A stretch of DNA of 64,000 nucleotides from Spirochaetia bacterium (GCA_965198005.1 CBDAOI010000004.1:32001-96000); one strand, 5' to 3'. Positions 39,210-49,219 are shown, counted from the stretch's first letter. Notes: generated from the letters alone by a model not told the origin. Numbers and translations are program-made.

Positions 39210-39476
39210 CTGCAGGAACAGGACGTGCTGATCACCAACCGGGCCGGGATTCATGCCCGTCCGGCGGCCAAGCTGGTACAGACCGCCAGCCGGTTTTCTG
39301 CCGATATTTTCTTCGAGAGCAATGGCGAGCGGGTCAACGGCAAGTCGATCATGGGGATCATTACGCTCGGCGCCACCTACCGGACGACGATCCGGATCAT
39401 CGCCGACGGGGCGGACGAACGCGACGCGGTGGCGGCTCTCGCGGCGCTGTTCGAACACCGCTTCGAGGATGGCTGA
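39210..39476 (+). CDS. ptsH: Phosphocarrier HPr; probable CTG start at 39210 (GTG 39225 alternative)
   Basis: GIHARPA (His15), KSIMG (Ser46); GAGGAG 7 nt before the in-frame CTG. Confidence 0.93.
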   Translation: MQEQDVLITNRAGIHARPAAKLVQTASRFSADIFFESNGERVNGKSIMGIITLGATYRTTIRIIADGADERDAVAALAALFEHRFEDG

Positions 39477-39577
39477 GCTACGGTGAGCACGGTGAGCACG
39501 GTGAGTAGGGTCAGTTCGGTCAGAGGTGCCCCTTGGCACGAACCGATCCGGGTGCGTAAACTACGCGCGGGAACGCG

Positions 39578-40183
39578 ATGAAGGGCCTGACTTCCCGCCA
39601 GCTCGAGTTGATCGCCTGGATCGGGGGATACATTGAGGAACACCGGTATTCGCCGTCGGTTCGCGAGCTGTCCGAGCACTTCCGGATTTCGACTGCGGGC
39701 GCGTACGACCACCTCATTGCGCTGCGCAAGAAGGGCGCCATCAGTTTCGGCAACGGCCGCTACCGCGCGCTCGAGGTGCTCGCCGGGGATCCGGCCCAGC
39801 GCGCGCAGCAGATGGTGCGCGTGCCGTTGCTCGGGCGCGTCGCCGCCGGCGTGCCGCTGTTCGCGGAGGAGAACTTCGAAGGCACCGTCGGCGTCTCGCG
39901 CGAGCTGCTCGGGTCGGGCGACTACTTCGCTCTGCGCGTGCAGGGCGACAGCATGCGCGACGCCGGTATCCTGGAGGGCGATACCGCCGTGGTGCGGCAC
40001 CAGGAGACCTCCCGCAACGGCGACATAGTGGTGGCGATGATCGAAGAGGCGGTAACCCTGAAGCGGTTCTTTCTCGAAACCAACCGCGTGCGGCTGCAGG
40101 CGGAGAATCCCGCCTATCCTCCCATCTTCACCCGCAATCTCAGGATCCTCGGCAAGCTGCGAGCCCTGCTCCGTGCCTACTAA
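39578..40183 (+). CDS. lexA: SOS repressor
   Basis: PSVREL, RVAAGVP cleavage site, GDSM (catalytic Ser), VTLKR (catalytic Lys). Confidence 0.96.
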   Translation: MKGLTSRQLELIAWIGGYIEEHRYSPSVRELSEHFRISTAGAYDHLIALRKKGAISFGNGRYRALEVLAGDPAQRAQQMVRVPLLGRVAAGVPLFAEENFEGTVGVSRELLGSGDYFALRVQGDSMRDAGILEGDTAVVRHQETSRNGDIVVAMIEEAVTLKRFFLETNRVRLQAENPAYPPIFTRNLRILGKLRALLRAY

Positions 40184-41225
40184 GCCGGCGCGACCCGCGC
40201 GGCCGGCCGCCGCCGGACCCGGCGCGCAGCCGGGGGGCGTGCGCCTGCTGCTCGGCCCCGATACCGGCAAGAAAGGGGCGTTCGTCGACCGTGTCGTGGC
40301 CGCCGCCGAGGCCCGCTTCGGCGCCACCGAGGTGCTGCGCACCTTCCCGTACGACACCGACCTGGTCGACCTGGTCGCAACCCTGCGCACCCCCGGGCTG
40401 TTCACGGCGCACCGGGTGGTGGTGCTGCAGGAGGTCCAGGACCTGCGCGCCGGCGCGCAGCTCGACGCGCTGCTCGCGTACTGCCGGGACCCCGCGCCCG
40501 CCAGCACCCTGCTGCTCACCGCGGGCGGCACCGCGCGCGACCTGCTGGTCGCCCTCCCGCGCGCGGTGGGCAGCGCCCGCACCACGATGTTCTGGGAGAT
40601 GTTCGAGAACCAGCGCCAGGGCTGGCTGGTGAACTACTTCCGCGCGCGCGGCAGCGTGCTCGAGCCCGCCGCGTGCGCGCTGATCCTGGAGATGCTGCCG
40701 GCCAACACCGCCGACCTGGAGGCGTTGTGCGGCAACCTGGCCAGTTTCCTGGGGCGCGGCGCGACCATAACCGTGGCGGAGATCGAGCAGTACCTGTTCC
40801 ACAGCCGCCAAGAGAACGTGTTCACGCTGTTCGACCGGGTGGCGGAGCGCGACCTGCAGGGCGCGCTGGAAACCGTGGCCACCCTGCTGCTGGCACGCAG
40901 CGGCGACGCGGTGCAGATCGTCGGCGTCCTGCTCAGCCAGTTTCAACGCCTGACTCAGCTCAAGGAGTTGCTCGCGGAGCGCACGGCGGAGAGCGTCGCG
41001 TACCAGAAGCTGCGCATCTCCAGCAAGCGGATGCAGCACACCTACCGCACCGCTCACCGCCAGTACCACGCCGCCGAGATGGCGCCGATCCAGCGGCTGC
41101 TGGTGGAGTTCGACACCCGCACGCGGCTGTTCAATCAGGAGCTGACCGAGCCGCTGCTGCAGCTCCTTCTGTATCATCTTGTCGTGCGAGGTGGGCGAGG
41201 AGGGTGGCGGCAGTTTCGCGTGTGA
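40173..41225 (+). CDS. holA: DNA polymerase III delta subunit
   Basis: LLLGPD.G.K, TPGLF, ENVFTLFD; follows lexA as in spirochaetes. Confidence 0.85.
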   Translation: MPTKPARPARPAAAGPGAQPGGVRLLLGPDTGKKGAFVDRVVAAAEARFGATEVLRTFPYDTDLVDLVATLRTPGLFTAHRVVVLQEVQDLRAGAQLDALLAYCRDPAPASTLLLTAGGTARDLLVALPRAVGSARTTMFWEMFENQRQGWLVNYFRARGSVLEPAACALILEMLPANTADLEALCGNLASFLGRGATITVAEIEQYLFHSRQENVFTLFDRVAERDLQGALETVATLLLARSGDAVQIVGVLLSQFQRLTQLKELLAERTAESVAYQKLRISSKRMQHTYRTAHRQYHAAEMAPIQRLLVEFDTRTRLFNQELTEPLLQLLLYHLVVRGGRGGWRQFRV

Positions 41226-43029
41226 GCCCGGTGCGCACCGCCACCGTTTCCGGCGCCGCGGCCCGGATCCGCTCCAGCGACCCGAACTCCTCCAGCAGGC
41301 GGCGGCTGCGCACCCGCCCTACGCCGCGCACCGCCTCCAGCAGGGACAGCGCCACCCGCTTGCTGCGCAGGCGCTGGTTGAAGCCGGTGGCGAAGCGGTG
41401 CGACTCGTCGCGCGCCCCCTGCAGCACGCGCAGCGCGGCCGAGGCCGGCGGCAGCACGATCGCCGCCGAGCGGCCCGGCACGAACACCTCCTCGTGGCGC
41501 TTGGCCAGCCCCGCCACCGGCAGCCGGTCCAGGCCCAGGGCGCGCAGGATCTGCACCGCCGCGCTCACCTGCCCCTTGCCGCCGTCCACCAGCACCAGGT
41601 CGGGCAGCGGCCGGTTGTCGTTCAGCAGGCGGGTGTAGCGGCGCGCGATCACCTCGCGCATCGCGGCGAAGTCGTCCACCCGATCGCCCAGGGTGCGCAG
41701 CCGGAACCAGCGGTAGGACTGTTTCTCCGGCCGCCCGTCCACGAACACCACCATCGACGCCACCGTGTCGCTGCCCTGCAGATGGGAGATGTCGAACGCC
41801 TCGATCCGGCGCGGCGCGGCGTCCAGCCCGAGCGCGTCGCGCAGGGCGTGCAGCGCCGCCACCCGCTGGTCCTGGTCGGCGCGCTGCTTGCGGCCCGTCT
41901 CCCAGTCCACGCGTGCGTTCTGGTGGGCCATGCGCAGGAAGCGCGCGTGCTTGCCGCGCTGCGGCACCCGCACCGTGATCTGGCGCCCGCGCCCGCCGCG
42001 CGCCGGGCCGAGCGTGCGGTCCAGCGCGCGTTGCAGCAGCTCGACGGCGGCGGCCGGGAGCTGCAGGTACACGCCGCGCGGCCGGGTCTGGATGCCGGCG
42101 TAGAACTGCAGCAGAAAGCTGGGCAGCACCTCGTCCGGCGACGCCGGGTCGACCAGGCGGAAGTGCTCCCGGCCCAGGAGCTGCCCGTGCCGGATCTGGA
42201 ACACGGCGAGCGTGTAGTGGCTGCCGTCGTGGTGGACGCCGACGTAGTCGCGCGCCTCGCGCGAGAAGTCGACCACGTCCTGGTCGCTGCCGCTCACCTC
42301 GCTGATCGTCCGGATGCGGTCGCGGTACTCCGCCGCCTGTTCGAACCGGAGCGCGGTCGAGGCCTGCAGCATCCGGGTGCGCAGCTCGCGGATCAGGTCG
42401 CTGCTGTTGCCGGTCAGGAGCTGGCGCACCGCGGCCACCCGCTCGGCGTAGGCGGCGGCGTCGATCCGGCCCACGCAGGGGGCGGCGCAGCGGCCGATGT
42501 GGAAGTTCAGGCACGGCTGCTCGCGGCGCTTGAACACCTCGCCGCGCTTGCGCAGCGGGAACAGCTTGTCGATCAGGTTGAGGTAGACGTCGATCTGGTT
42601 GACCTTGGGGAAGGGGCCGAAGTACTCCGAGCCGTCGAGCACGATGGTGCGGGTGCGGAACACCTTGGGGTATTCCTCGTTGGTCAGGCGGATCACCGGG
42701 TAGGACTTGCCGTCCTTGAGGTTGATGTTGTAGCGCGGGCTGTGGTGCTTGATCAGCGAGTTCTCGAGCAGCAGCGCCTCGAACTCGCTGTGGGTGACGA
42801 TCACCTCGACGTCCGCGGTCTTGCCCACCAGCACCTGGGTCTTGACGTCGCGCACCGCCGCGGGCCCGGCCGGGTTGAAGTAGGTGCCGACGCGGGCGCG
42901 CAGGTCCTTCGACTTGCCCACGTAGAGCACGCTTCCGCGGCGGTCCTTGAGCAGGTAGACTCCCGGCTTGCGCGGGAGCTGCCGGGCGAGCCCGGTCAGG
43001 TCGGCGGCGGGCTGGGCGCTGGCGGCCAT
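41131..43029 (-). CDS. uvrC: Excinuclease ABC subunit C
   Basis: PGVY..YVGKSK (GIY-YIG), FDISH, VDGGKGQ, RDESHRFA, HhH; start ATG 43029. Confidence 0.97.
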   Translation of the reverse strand: MAASAQPAADLTGLARQLPRKPGVYLLKDRRGSVLYVGKSKDLRARVGTYFNPAGPAAVRDVKTQVLVGKTADVEVIVTHSEFEALLLENSLIKHHSPRYNINLKDGKSYPVIRLTNEEYPKVFRTRTIVLDGSEYFGPFPKVNQIDVYLNLIDKLFPLRKRGEVFKRREQPCLNFHIGRCAAPCVGRIDAAAYAERVAAVRQLLTGNSSDLIRELRTRMLQASTALRFEQAAEYRDRIRTISEVSGSDQDVVDFSREARDYVGVHHDGSHYTLAVFQIRHGQLLGREHFRLVDPASPDEVLPSFLLQFYAGIQTRPRGVYLQLPAAAVELLQRALDRTLGPARGGRGRQITVRVPQRGKHARFLRMAHQNARVDWETGRKQRADQDQRVAALHALRDALGLDAAPRRIEAFDISHLQGSDTVASMVVFVDGRPEKQSYRWFRLRTLGDRVDDFAAMREVIARRYTRLLNDNRPLPDLVLVDGGKGQVSAAVQILRALGLDRLPVAGLAKRHEEVFVPGRSAAIVLPPASAALRVLQGARDESHRFATGFNQRLRSKRVALSLLEAVRGVGRVRSRRLLEEFGSLERIRAAAPETVAVRTGLTRETAATLLAHLARQDDTEGAAAAARSAPD

Positions 43030-43184
43030 CGGACGGCCAGTATACCAACGGCACGGCTGCGGGGGGGGGGGCCGGGGCCGGGGCGGTGGCGGCGGCCTCG
43101 GCGGCCTGCGGGCCTTGCGGGGCTGCGGGGGCTGGTCATTGCACGCGATATCGGGCATGGTATACCGGCAGCGCACCTGCACCG

Positions 43185-43257
43185 GGGGGATTAGCTCAGG
43201 TGGTAGAGCGATTGGTTCGCAATCAATAGGTCAGGGGTTCGAGTCCCCTATCCTCCA
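43185..43257 (+). tRNA. tRNA-Ala(CGC)
   Basis: GGGGGAT/ATCCTCC acceptor stem with G3-U70; anticodon arm ATTGG-TTCGCAA-TCAAT; GGTTCGAGTCC. Confidence 0.97.
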
Positions 43258-43647
43258 CTGTAAACATTGGGTGTAGGTCTCGTATTGAGTGAATCAGAGG
43301 GGCAAGATCTGGTTTGGAGGACGATTGCAGCGCAGGGGTGATAAAGTGTCACGCAGGGCGGTGCGAGCGCGTGCGACCGCTGACCTCCTCGGGCGCGTCC
43401 GAGCGTGCGCGGGGCTCTCTCAAAAAAAATCGAAAAAATCGCTCTTGGGCGGCGTTTGGAGCTTGACACGGTTTTCACAGCCCACCTCGGTCCCGCGCCA
43501 ACCCACGCCACCATCTCCCGCACCCGGGCCCTAGCCTGCGCTGGAGCGGCCGCCAACCCCAATCCGGCCACGAAACTCCAAAATCGCCGAACCAAGCCCG
43601 CCACGGCCGCGTACGGCCCCGTCCAAAACCGGGTGTACCATACAGCC

Positions 43648-45369
43648 ATGGAAACCGCCATGGAACAATCAGCATCCCGCACGGCGCCGCCACCGGCCCC
43701 GCCCCCGGCGCCGGCCGCCCCGCTCGACCTGGATCAGCTCGGCGACCGCATCGCCGAACTCTCCGCCCGCATCCAGGCCGCCACCTATGACCTGCTCTGT
43801 GACCTACGCGTATTCGACCGCCGCCACGGCTGGGAAGGCTTCCGCTCCTGCGCCCACTGGCTCAACTGGCGCACCGGCCTCGACCTCGGCGCCGCGCGCG
43901 AGAAGCTGCGCGTGGCCGCCGCCCTGGCCGACCTCAACCACGTGAGCGCCGCCATGGCCTGCGGCGTGCTGTCCTATTCGAAGGTACGGGCGCTTTCTCG
44001 GGTGGCGACCCCGCGCACCGAGGCGCGGCTGCTGGCGGTGGCGTGCGGCGCGACCGCGGAGCAGGTGGAGCGGCTGGTGCGCGGCTGGCGGCGAGTGGAC
44101 CGGGAGCAAGCGGCGGCCGGCGACGATGGCGCGCAGGTGCGCCTGGCGCGGCGCGGGTTGAGCCTGCGGGTGGACGAAGACGGGACGGTGGTGCTGCGGG
44201 GGCGGTTGCTGCCGGAGGTGGGGGCGGTGGTGCTGCGGGCGCTGGAGGCGGCGCTGGAGCAGGTGCCGGCGGCGGCGGCGGACGGCACGGAGTGCACTGC
44301 CTCGCAACGGCGCGCGGATGCGCTGGGGGTGGTGGCGGAGAGCGCGCTGGCCGGCAAGCTGGACCCGGGCGCCGCCGGTGACCGCTACCAGGTGACGGTG
44401 CACGTGGACGCGGCGGCGTTGGCCGCCGGTGAGACTGCCCGTGAGACTGTCCCCGAGACTGCTCGCGACACTGCCTCCGACGCGCCGGAGATTTCCGCGG
44501 AAACGTGCGCCGGTGCTCCGGCCGCGGCAGCGAGCGCCCCGGCTGCGTTGGCAGCCGGCTGCGCTGACGCTGACGCCGGCGCAGTTTCAGCGGAAACGCG
44601 GGGCACCGGCCGGACTGCGCCACCGGCGATGCCGGCAGCACCGTGCGCCGCCGGTGAGACTGCCGCCCAGCCGGTCGCGCCGCCGGTCACGGCTCCCGTC
44701 GCGGACGCCCCTGAGCACCCCGACGCTCGTCACCCCGCCGCCGGCGCGCAGGTCCCCGCACCGGTGGCACCGGCGCCGACGGCCGACTCCACCCGCGCCG
44801 CCGACGCGGCGGTCATCGAACAGGCGAATGGCATTCACCTCGCTGCGACCGCAGCCCGCCGCATCGCCTGCGACGCCGGCCGCGTGCTGGTGGCGCACGC
44901 TCCCGACGGCGCAGTCCTGGAGGTCGGGCGCAGAACGCGCACGGTGCCGACCCCGTTGCGCCGCGCGCTGGAGGTCAGAGACCACCATCAGTGTCAGTTC
45001 CCCGGCTGTCAGCTCCGCCACTGCGACGCGCATCACGTCGTGCACTGGGCGGACGGCGGGGCGACGCGGCTCGAGAATCTCGTTTTGTGCTGTCGCTACC
45101 ACCACCGGGCGGTGCACGAGGAGGGGTTTCAGGTGGTCTCTGGCGCGGATGGGCAGTTTCTGTTCCGGCGGCCGGATGGTACGCCGCTGCCGGCGGTGCC
45201 GGTGGCGCCTCGCTGGGAGGGGGCGCCGCTGGAGCCGACCGAGGCGCGGCTGCGGCAGGCGGGGATCACGATCGGCCCGCATACGGCGACGCCGGAGTGG
45301 TACGGGGAGTCGCTCGACGTGGCGGGGGCGCTCGACCTGTTGTGGGAACCGCCGCCGGCCGGCGGTTGA
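43648..45369 (+). CDS. DUF222 + HNH endonuclease with low-complexity insert
   Basis: SCAHWLNWR, LSYSKVRA, RRIACDA, RDHHQCQFPGC...DAHH..HWADGG.T...NLVLCC..HH..VH. Confidence 0.9.
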   Translation: METAMEQSASRTAPPPAPPPAPAAPLDLDQLGDRIAELSARIQAATYDLLCDLRVFDRRHGWEGFRSCAHWLNWRTGLDLGAAREKLRVAAALADLNHVSAAMACGVLSYSKVRALSRVATPRTEARLLAVACGATAEQVERLVRGWRRVDREQAAAGDDGAQVRLARRGLSLRVDEDGTVVLRGRLLPEVGAVVLRALEAALEQVPAAAADGTECTASQRRADALGVVAESALAGKLDPGAAGDRYQVTVHVDAAALAAGETARETVPETARDTASDAPEISAETCAGAPAAAASAPAALAAGCADADAGAVSAETRGTGRTAPPAMPAAPCAAGETAAQPVAPPVTAPVADAPEHPDARHPAAGAQVPAPVAPAPTADSTRAADAAVIEQANGIHLAATAARRIACDAGRVLVAHAPDGAVLEVGRRTRTVPTPLRRALEVRDHHQCQFPGCQLRHCDAHHVVHWADGGATRLENLVLCCRYHHRAVHEEGFQVVSGADGQFLFRRPDGTPLPAVPVAPRWEGAPLEPTEARLRQAGITIGPHTATPEWYGESLDVAGALDLLWEPPPAGG

Positions 45370-45492
45370 TGACGGCCGCGCCACCTGCCGGCGGGATGCA
45401 CCCGCGCCCGCGCATGGTCGAGCTGGCACACGGCCGTGCTGCCTTGACCGGTCAATTTGAGACCTACGCCCTAAACATTGATACATGCTCCG

Positions 45493-45581
45493 CTACTGGG
45501 CGCGAATCACGTTGCGGCCCGGGATGCCGACCGCGGGCGCCGCGGTCAGCAGGCGCTGGTCGCGGTATCGAAATAGGTCAT
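45493..45581 (-). pseudogene. vapC: VapC/PIN toxin remnant (both ends only)
   Basis: MTYFDTA (ATGA-coupled to the antitoxin) joined out of frame to DQRLLTAAPAVGIPGRNVIRAQ*; 89 bp in total. Confidence 0.7.
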
Positions 45582-45820
45582 CCGCGGTCGCGGTCCTCCG
45601 CGACGTAGACGCTGGAGTCCCCGGACACCGGCGGCAGGGCATCGAACTCCGGCAACGTGCGACGCTGCCCGAACGGCGTGCTCAGGTCGCCTGGGCGAAC
45701 CGGCAGCAGAGAGGCGAGCGGGCGCCCGCGGTCGGTGATGACCACCCCCTCACCAAGTGCAGCGCTGCGCACCCACTCGCCGGTTTTCAGGTGCAATTCC
45801 CGGATCCCGATACGCTTCAT
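45578..45820 (-). CDS. Phd/YefM-family antitoxin
   Basis: MKRIGIRELH...VVITDRGRPLASL...VAEDRD. Confidence 0.85.
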   Translation of the reverse strand: MKRIGIRELHLKTGEWVRSAALGEGVVITDRGRPLASLLPVRPGDLSTPFGQRRTLPEFDALPPVSGDSSVYVAEDRDRG

Positions 45821-45951
45821 GTGCACAATGGGTACCATCAATCTGGCCGCAGTCAAGGCGTGTGAGGCGTGTGGCCTTGATACGTGTGAGCCGAGCGTTT
45901 ACGTTGTTTGTCACTTTAGGTGAACAAGATGAAACGTCAAGGAGCGGTACA

Positions 45952-46491
45952 ATGATCGTCTCGCAGGAAACCCTGCAGCGGCTGCTGCAGGAGGGCAGGA
46001 TCGTGGTCGAGCCGCTGCAGCCGGAGCAGCTCCAGCCTGCCTCGGTCGACCTCACGCTCGGCGACCAGTTCCTCAAGGTCGACGAGAACGCGGTCGACCG
46101 GATCACGCTGGACACCGAGGTCCGCTACCTCAACCTGCACGCCGAGGAGATCGTCATTCCCCCGCTGTCGTTCCTGCTGGCGGTCACGCGCGAGCGGATC
46201 AGGCTGCCCAACGACGTCACCGCGTTCGTCGAGGGCCGCAGCTCCATCGGCCGCATGGGGCTGTTCATCCAGAACGCCGGCTGGGTGGATCCGGGCTTCG
46301 ACGGCACCATCACCCTGGAGCTGTTCAACGCCAACCGCCTGCCGATCCGCCTGCGCGCCGGCCGCCGCATCTGCCAGATCGTGTTCGCCCAGCTCGACCG
46401 CGCCACCGGCCACCCCTACCGCGGCAAGTACCAGCACCAGTCCGGCGCGGTCGGCAGCCGCATCCACCTCGACACCCCCGGAGCCAAGTGA
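45952..46491 (+). CDS. dcd: dCTP deaminase (trimeric dUTPase fold)
   Basis: QPASVDL, EGRSSIGR, DPGFDGTITLE, Y.GKYQ.Q; SD AAGGAG. Confidence 0.95.
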   Translation: MIVSQETLQRLLQEGRIVVEPLQPEQLQPASVDLTLGDQFLKVDENAVDRITLDTEVRYLNLHAEEIVIPPLSFLLAVTRERIRLPNDVTAFVEGRSSIGRMGLFIQNAGWVDPGFDGTITLELFNANRLPIRLRAGRRICQIVFAQLDRATGHPYRGKYQHQSGAVGSRIHLDTPGAK

Positions 46492-46629
46492 GCGAGCGAC
46501 ACTTCTTGAATCTGTAGACACTCCGCGTTTCACCGTGACATATCTCCTACGGCGGTTATGAGGATGACAGAGATTACAAGAGCGGCGTAGAACAAGCCGC
46601 TTCATCCACAACTCCGGCGACGGGCATCT

Positions 46630-47409
46630 TCACGAAGACGGCAGGAGGTGCAGCAGACCCTGCTCGATCAGGGTCTGGAAGTGCAGCACCGTGGTCGCCG
46701 CCAGAGTGCGATCTCGCACCAGGAGTCCCAGCTCGATGTTGCGGTCGAATGCGGCTTCGGTCAGGTTCGCGGAAGTGATGAACACCGCTTCGTCGTCTGC
46801 CACCACCGCTTTGGCGTGGAGCACCCCGCCGGGCCCGTCATCTGCGACGGAACGCGGGTCGTAGTACACCCTCGGGCGGGTCTTGCCGGGCCACGCCTTT
46901 CCCCAGAAGTGATCCGCGAAGCGGCGCACCAGGGTATCCGCCGCGGTAGTGTCGCCGCGCCGGCGTTCGATGTTGAGTAGCAGCGTAACCTTAAGCAACG
47001 GGTTCGCATCCAGCCGCCCGGCGAGCGTCGCAAACGCGGTCGGCCCATCGAAGAACGCGTAGCTGCACACCCAGATCGAATGTTGCGCTGAGCCGATCAA
47101 CTCCTCGTACACCCGGCGCGTGTCGCGCGCGTGCAGCCCGACGACCTCCGGGCCGGTCCAGACGAAGTCGGGCGCCGGCGCTCGGTCCGCCGCGCGCGCC
47201 AGACTGTTCAGCCAGATGACTCCCGCCTCCGGCGAGACGCCGATGCGCTGCCACTCCCGGAGCACCTGCAGGATCCCATCCTGATGGTCGCCGCCGACCG
47301 TCGAGCGGACGGCAACCTCCGAGTACGGTGGGACGAGTTGGCGGGATTCCAACGCGCTCAACAGCCTACTGCGCACGTACGGCGGTAGCGCAAGAAGTGC
47401 GGCGATCAC
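46630..47409 (-). CDS. drmC: DISARM PLD nuclease
   Basis: VWTGP, RDTRRV, LHAKAVVAD, TSANLT..A..RNIELG; follows drmB. Confidence 0.9.
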   Translation of the reverse strand: MIAALLALPPYVRSRLLSALESRQLVPPYSEVAVRSTVGGDHQDGILQVLREWQRIGVSPEAGVIWLNSLARAADRAPAPDFVWTGPEVVGLHARDTRRVYEELIGSAQHSIWVCSYAFFDGPTAFATLAGRLDANPLLKVTLLLNIERRRGDTTAADTLVRRFADHFWGKAWPGKTRPRVYYDPRSVADDGPGGVLHAKAVVADDEAVFITSANLTEAAFDRNIELGLLVRDRTLAATTVLHFQTLIEQGLLHLLPSS

Positions 47410-47419
47410 GGAGCGCCGA

Positions 47420-49219
47420 TCATGGCACGCCGAAGAACGCGGCTTCCGGGGCGTACAGCGCCGGCGCCACCAGCGCACGGTCCAGGTACTCGTTGCGCAT
47501 CTCGCACGAGGTTTCCGCGATCAGCGCGCAGCCATGGCACGCCGCCCCGTGCAGCCAGCGTTCCTCCATGCTCTGCCCCGGTACGTGCTCGGCGCAGACC
47601 GGATCGTTGGAACACAGCGCCGCGGAATCAAGCGCGTATCGCAAGTGGTCTTCCACGCGGCGCGCTTCCTGGACCAGCCCACCCAGCGTGCCTTCGGCGT
47701 CGGGGCTCGCGGTGTACAGCAACAGGGCGAATCGCTTGCCGTCGTAGTCTGCGTAAATTCGTTCCCGTATCGACGCGGCGGGGTAGCCGCAGCGCATGGA
47801 CAACGACTGGATCAGAAGGTGGGACAGTGTGTGCAGCAGCACATAGGGTCCGCCGGGAAAGTGCCGCTCGCTGTTCCGCTGACGCGCCCAGGCGACGTGG
47901 CCGTCGACAAGCTGGCTCAGCCGCTTCTGCACCGGCTCCCGGCCGAGCCAGTCCATCACGGCGTCCCCGCGGAGCTGCAGAACAATCCCCTCCCCGCGGT
48001 TCTCCACTGCCGGGAACCACGTCGGTTCCAGCGCGATGTCCGCCCTCTCCACCTCGGCTTCGTACTCTCCGTCCACGTTGGGCATCACCGGTTCCAGCCG
48101 GGTGAACCCGGCCAGCGCCAGCACTTCGCGCAGCCGGTGCACCTGGATGACGGACGCGATGCCGTCGCTACGCGTCGACCGGCGCCACACCGACTCTGGC
48201 AGACGCCGAGCATGGAAGTCGGGATCCACGGGCACGTCGTCGCCGAAGCCCTCGGGGACCGCGAGCAGCGCATCGAGCTCTGCGTACTTGATCGGTCGCT
48301 CTGCCCCACCGCCGCCCGAACGCCGCGCCGCGATCGCGTTCAACACCTCGTCGTCCGAAAACGCCGCCAAGCGACCCGCCACGCCCGGGTACTGCTTCAC
48401 GAAGCTGAGCTGTGTCAGATCGTTGACGATCTGCAGTTGTTGCCAAAGCTCTTCGACCGCCTGATCGACCTCTGTGCCGCGGTCCGGCAGAGCGAGGACG
48501 CTCAGCACCTGCGGGAACCAGGCATTCGACGCTGTGCGGATCAGCAGCCGGCTGGGCTGATCACAGGGCTCGTTCGCGTGGCGTCCCAGCCACGGTCTGG
48601 CGCCGCTGCAGGTGCCGAGGGGGAACTTCGCCAGGTCCGTCGCCTCGTGCATGCGGCGCGACTTGCCACACTCGCAACGCACGATCTGCTCCGCCAGATC
48701 GCCGCTGGTGCCGCGCTCGTCCAGCCTGAGTTGGCGGCGGCATTGGTCGCCCGGCCCATGGACGAACCGATGCCAGTCGATGTCGTCCACGTGGCCCCTG
48801 GAGCAGGCACGGACGAATCGGGTGGCCACCACGGGCCTCCTGTCGAACTTCCCCCGATCAAGCGCGGTCCGGCGCACGATGCGCCGCGATCGCGAGCCGG
48901 TCTGTCCCGTCGAGCCGGGGTTGGATTCCTGCACCACGAACCACTCGGGGAACCGCCACGCGCCGATGCCCCGTTGCCGATCCTGCCAGTGCTCCGGCTC
49001 CGGCGGGGGAGCGTACAGCCTCGGACCCTGCACGCCTGTCATGGAGGTCAGCTTGGACGCCAGGCGCGGCTCTTCTATCGATTCCAGGCTGGTCTCGGCA
49101 CCCCAGGTGTCGAGACCACCCACAATGGCCGATTCGTCGGGCAGATCGATCAGCGCTCCCGGCCCGAACGTGGTGATGACCTGGCTGCGCCGCAACTGGC
49201 CGTTGACCTTACCGTTCAC
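47420..49219 (-). CDS. drmB: DISARM DUF1998 protein
   Basis: RSQVITTFGPGA, LLHTLSH, CSNDPVC, AACHGC..IAETSCE. Confidence 0.93.
   Translation of the reverse strand: MNGKVNGQLRRSQVITTFGPGALIDLPDESAIVGGLDTWGAETSLESIEEPRLASKLTSMTGVQGPRLYAPPPEPEHWQDRQRGIGAWRFPEWFVVQESNPGSTGQTGSRSRRIVRRTALDRGKFDRRPVVATRFVRACSRGHVDDIDWHRFVHGPGDQCRRQLRLDERGTSGDLAEQIVRCECGKSRRMHEATDLAKFPLGTCSGARPWLGRHANEPCDQPSRLLIRTASNAWFPQVLSVLALPDRGTEVDQAVEELWQQLQIVNDLTQLSFVKQYPGVAGRLAAFSDDEVLNAIAARRSGGGGAERPIKYAELDALLAVPEGFGDDVPVDPDFHARRLPESVWRRSTRSDGIASVIQVHRLREVLALAGFTRLEPVMPNVDGEYEAEVERADIALEPTWFPAVENRGEGIVLQLRGDAVMDWLGREPVQKRLSQLVDGHVAWARQRNSERHFPGGPYVLLHTLSHLLIQSLSMRCGYPAASIRERIYADYDGKRFALLLYTASPDAEGTLGGLVQEARRVEDHLRYALDSAALCSNDPVCAEHVPGQSMEERWLHGAACHGCALIAETSCEMRNEYLDRALVAPALYAPEAAFFGVP

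Noticed and set aside
43258-45480. LexA box from TAAACATTG at 43261 and 45472
   Set aside because: No convincing palindrome and no matching site upstream of lexA or uvrC.
45952-46491. dcd as an anti-phage dCTP deaminase
   Set aside because: It has the trimeric dUTPase fold and host-like codon usage. Known defensive dCTP deaminases are kinase + CDA-fold proteins.
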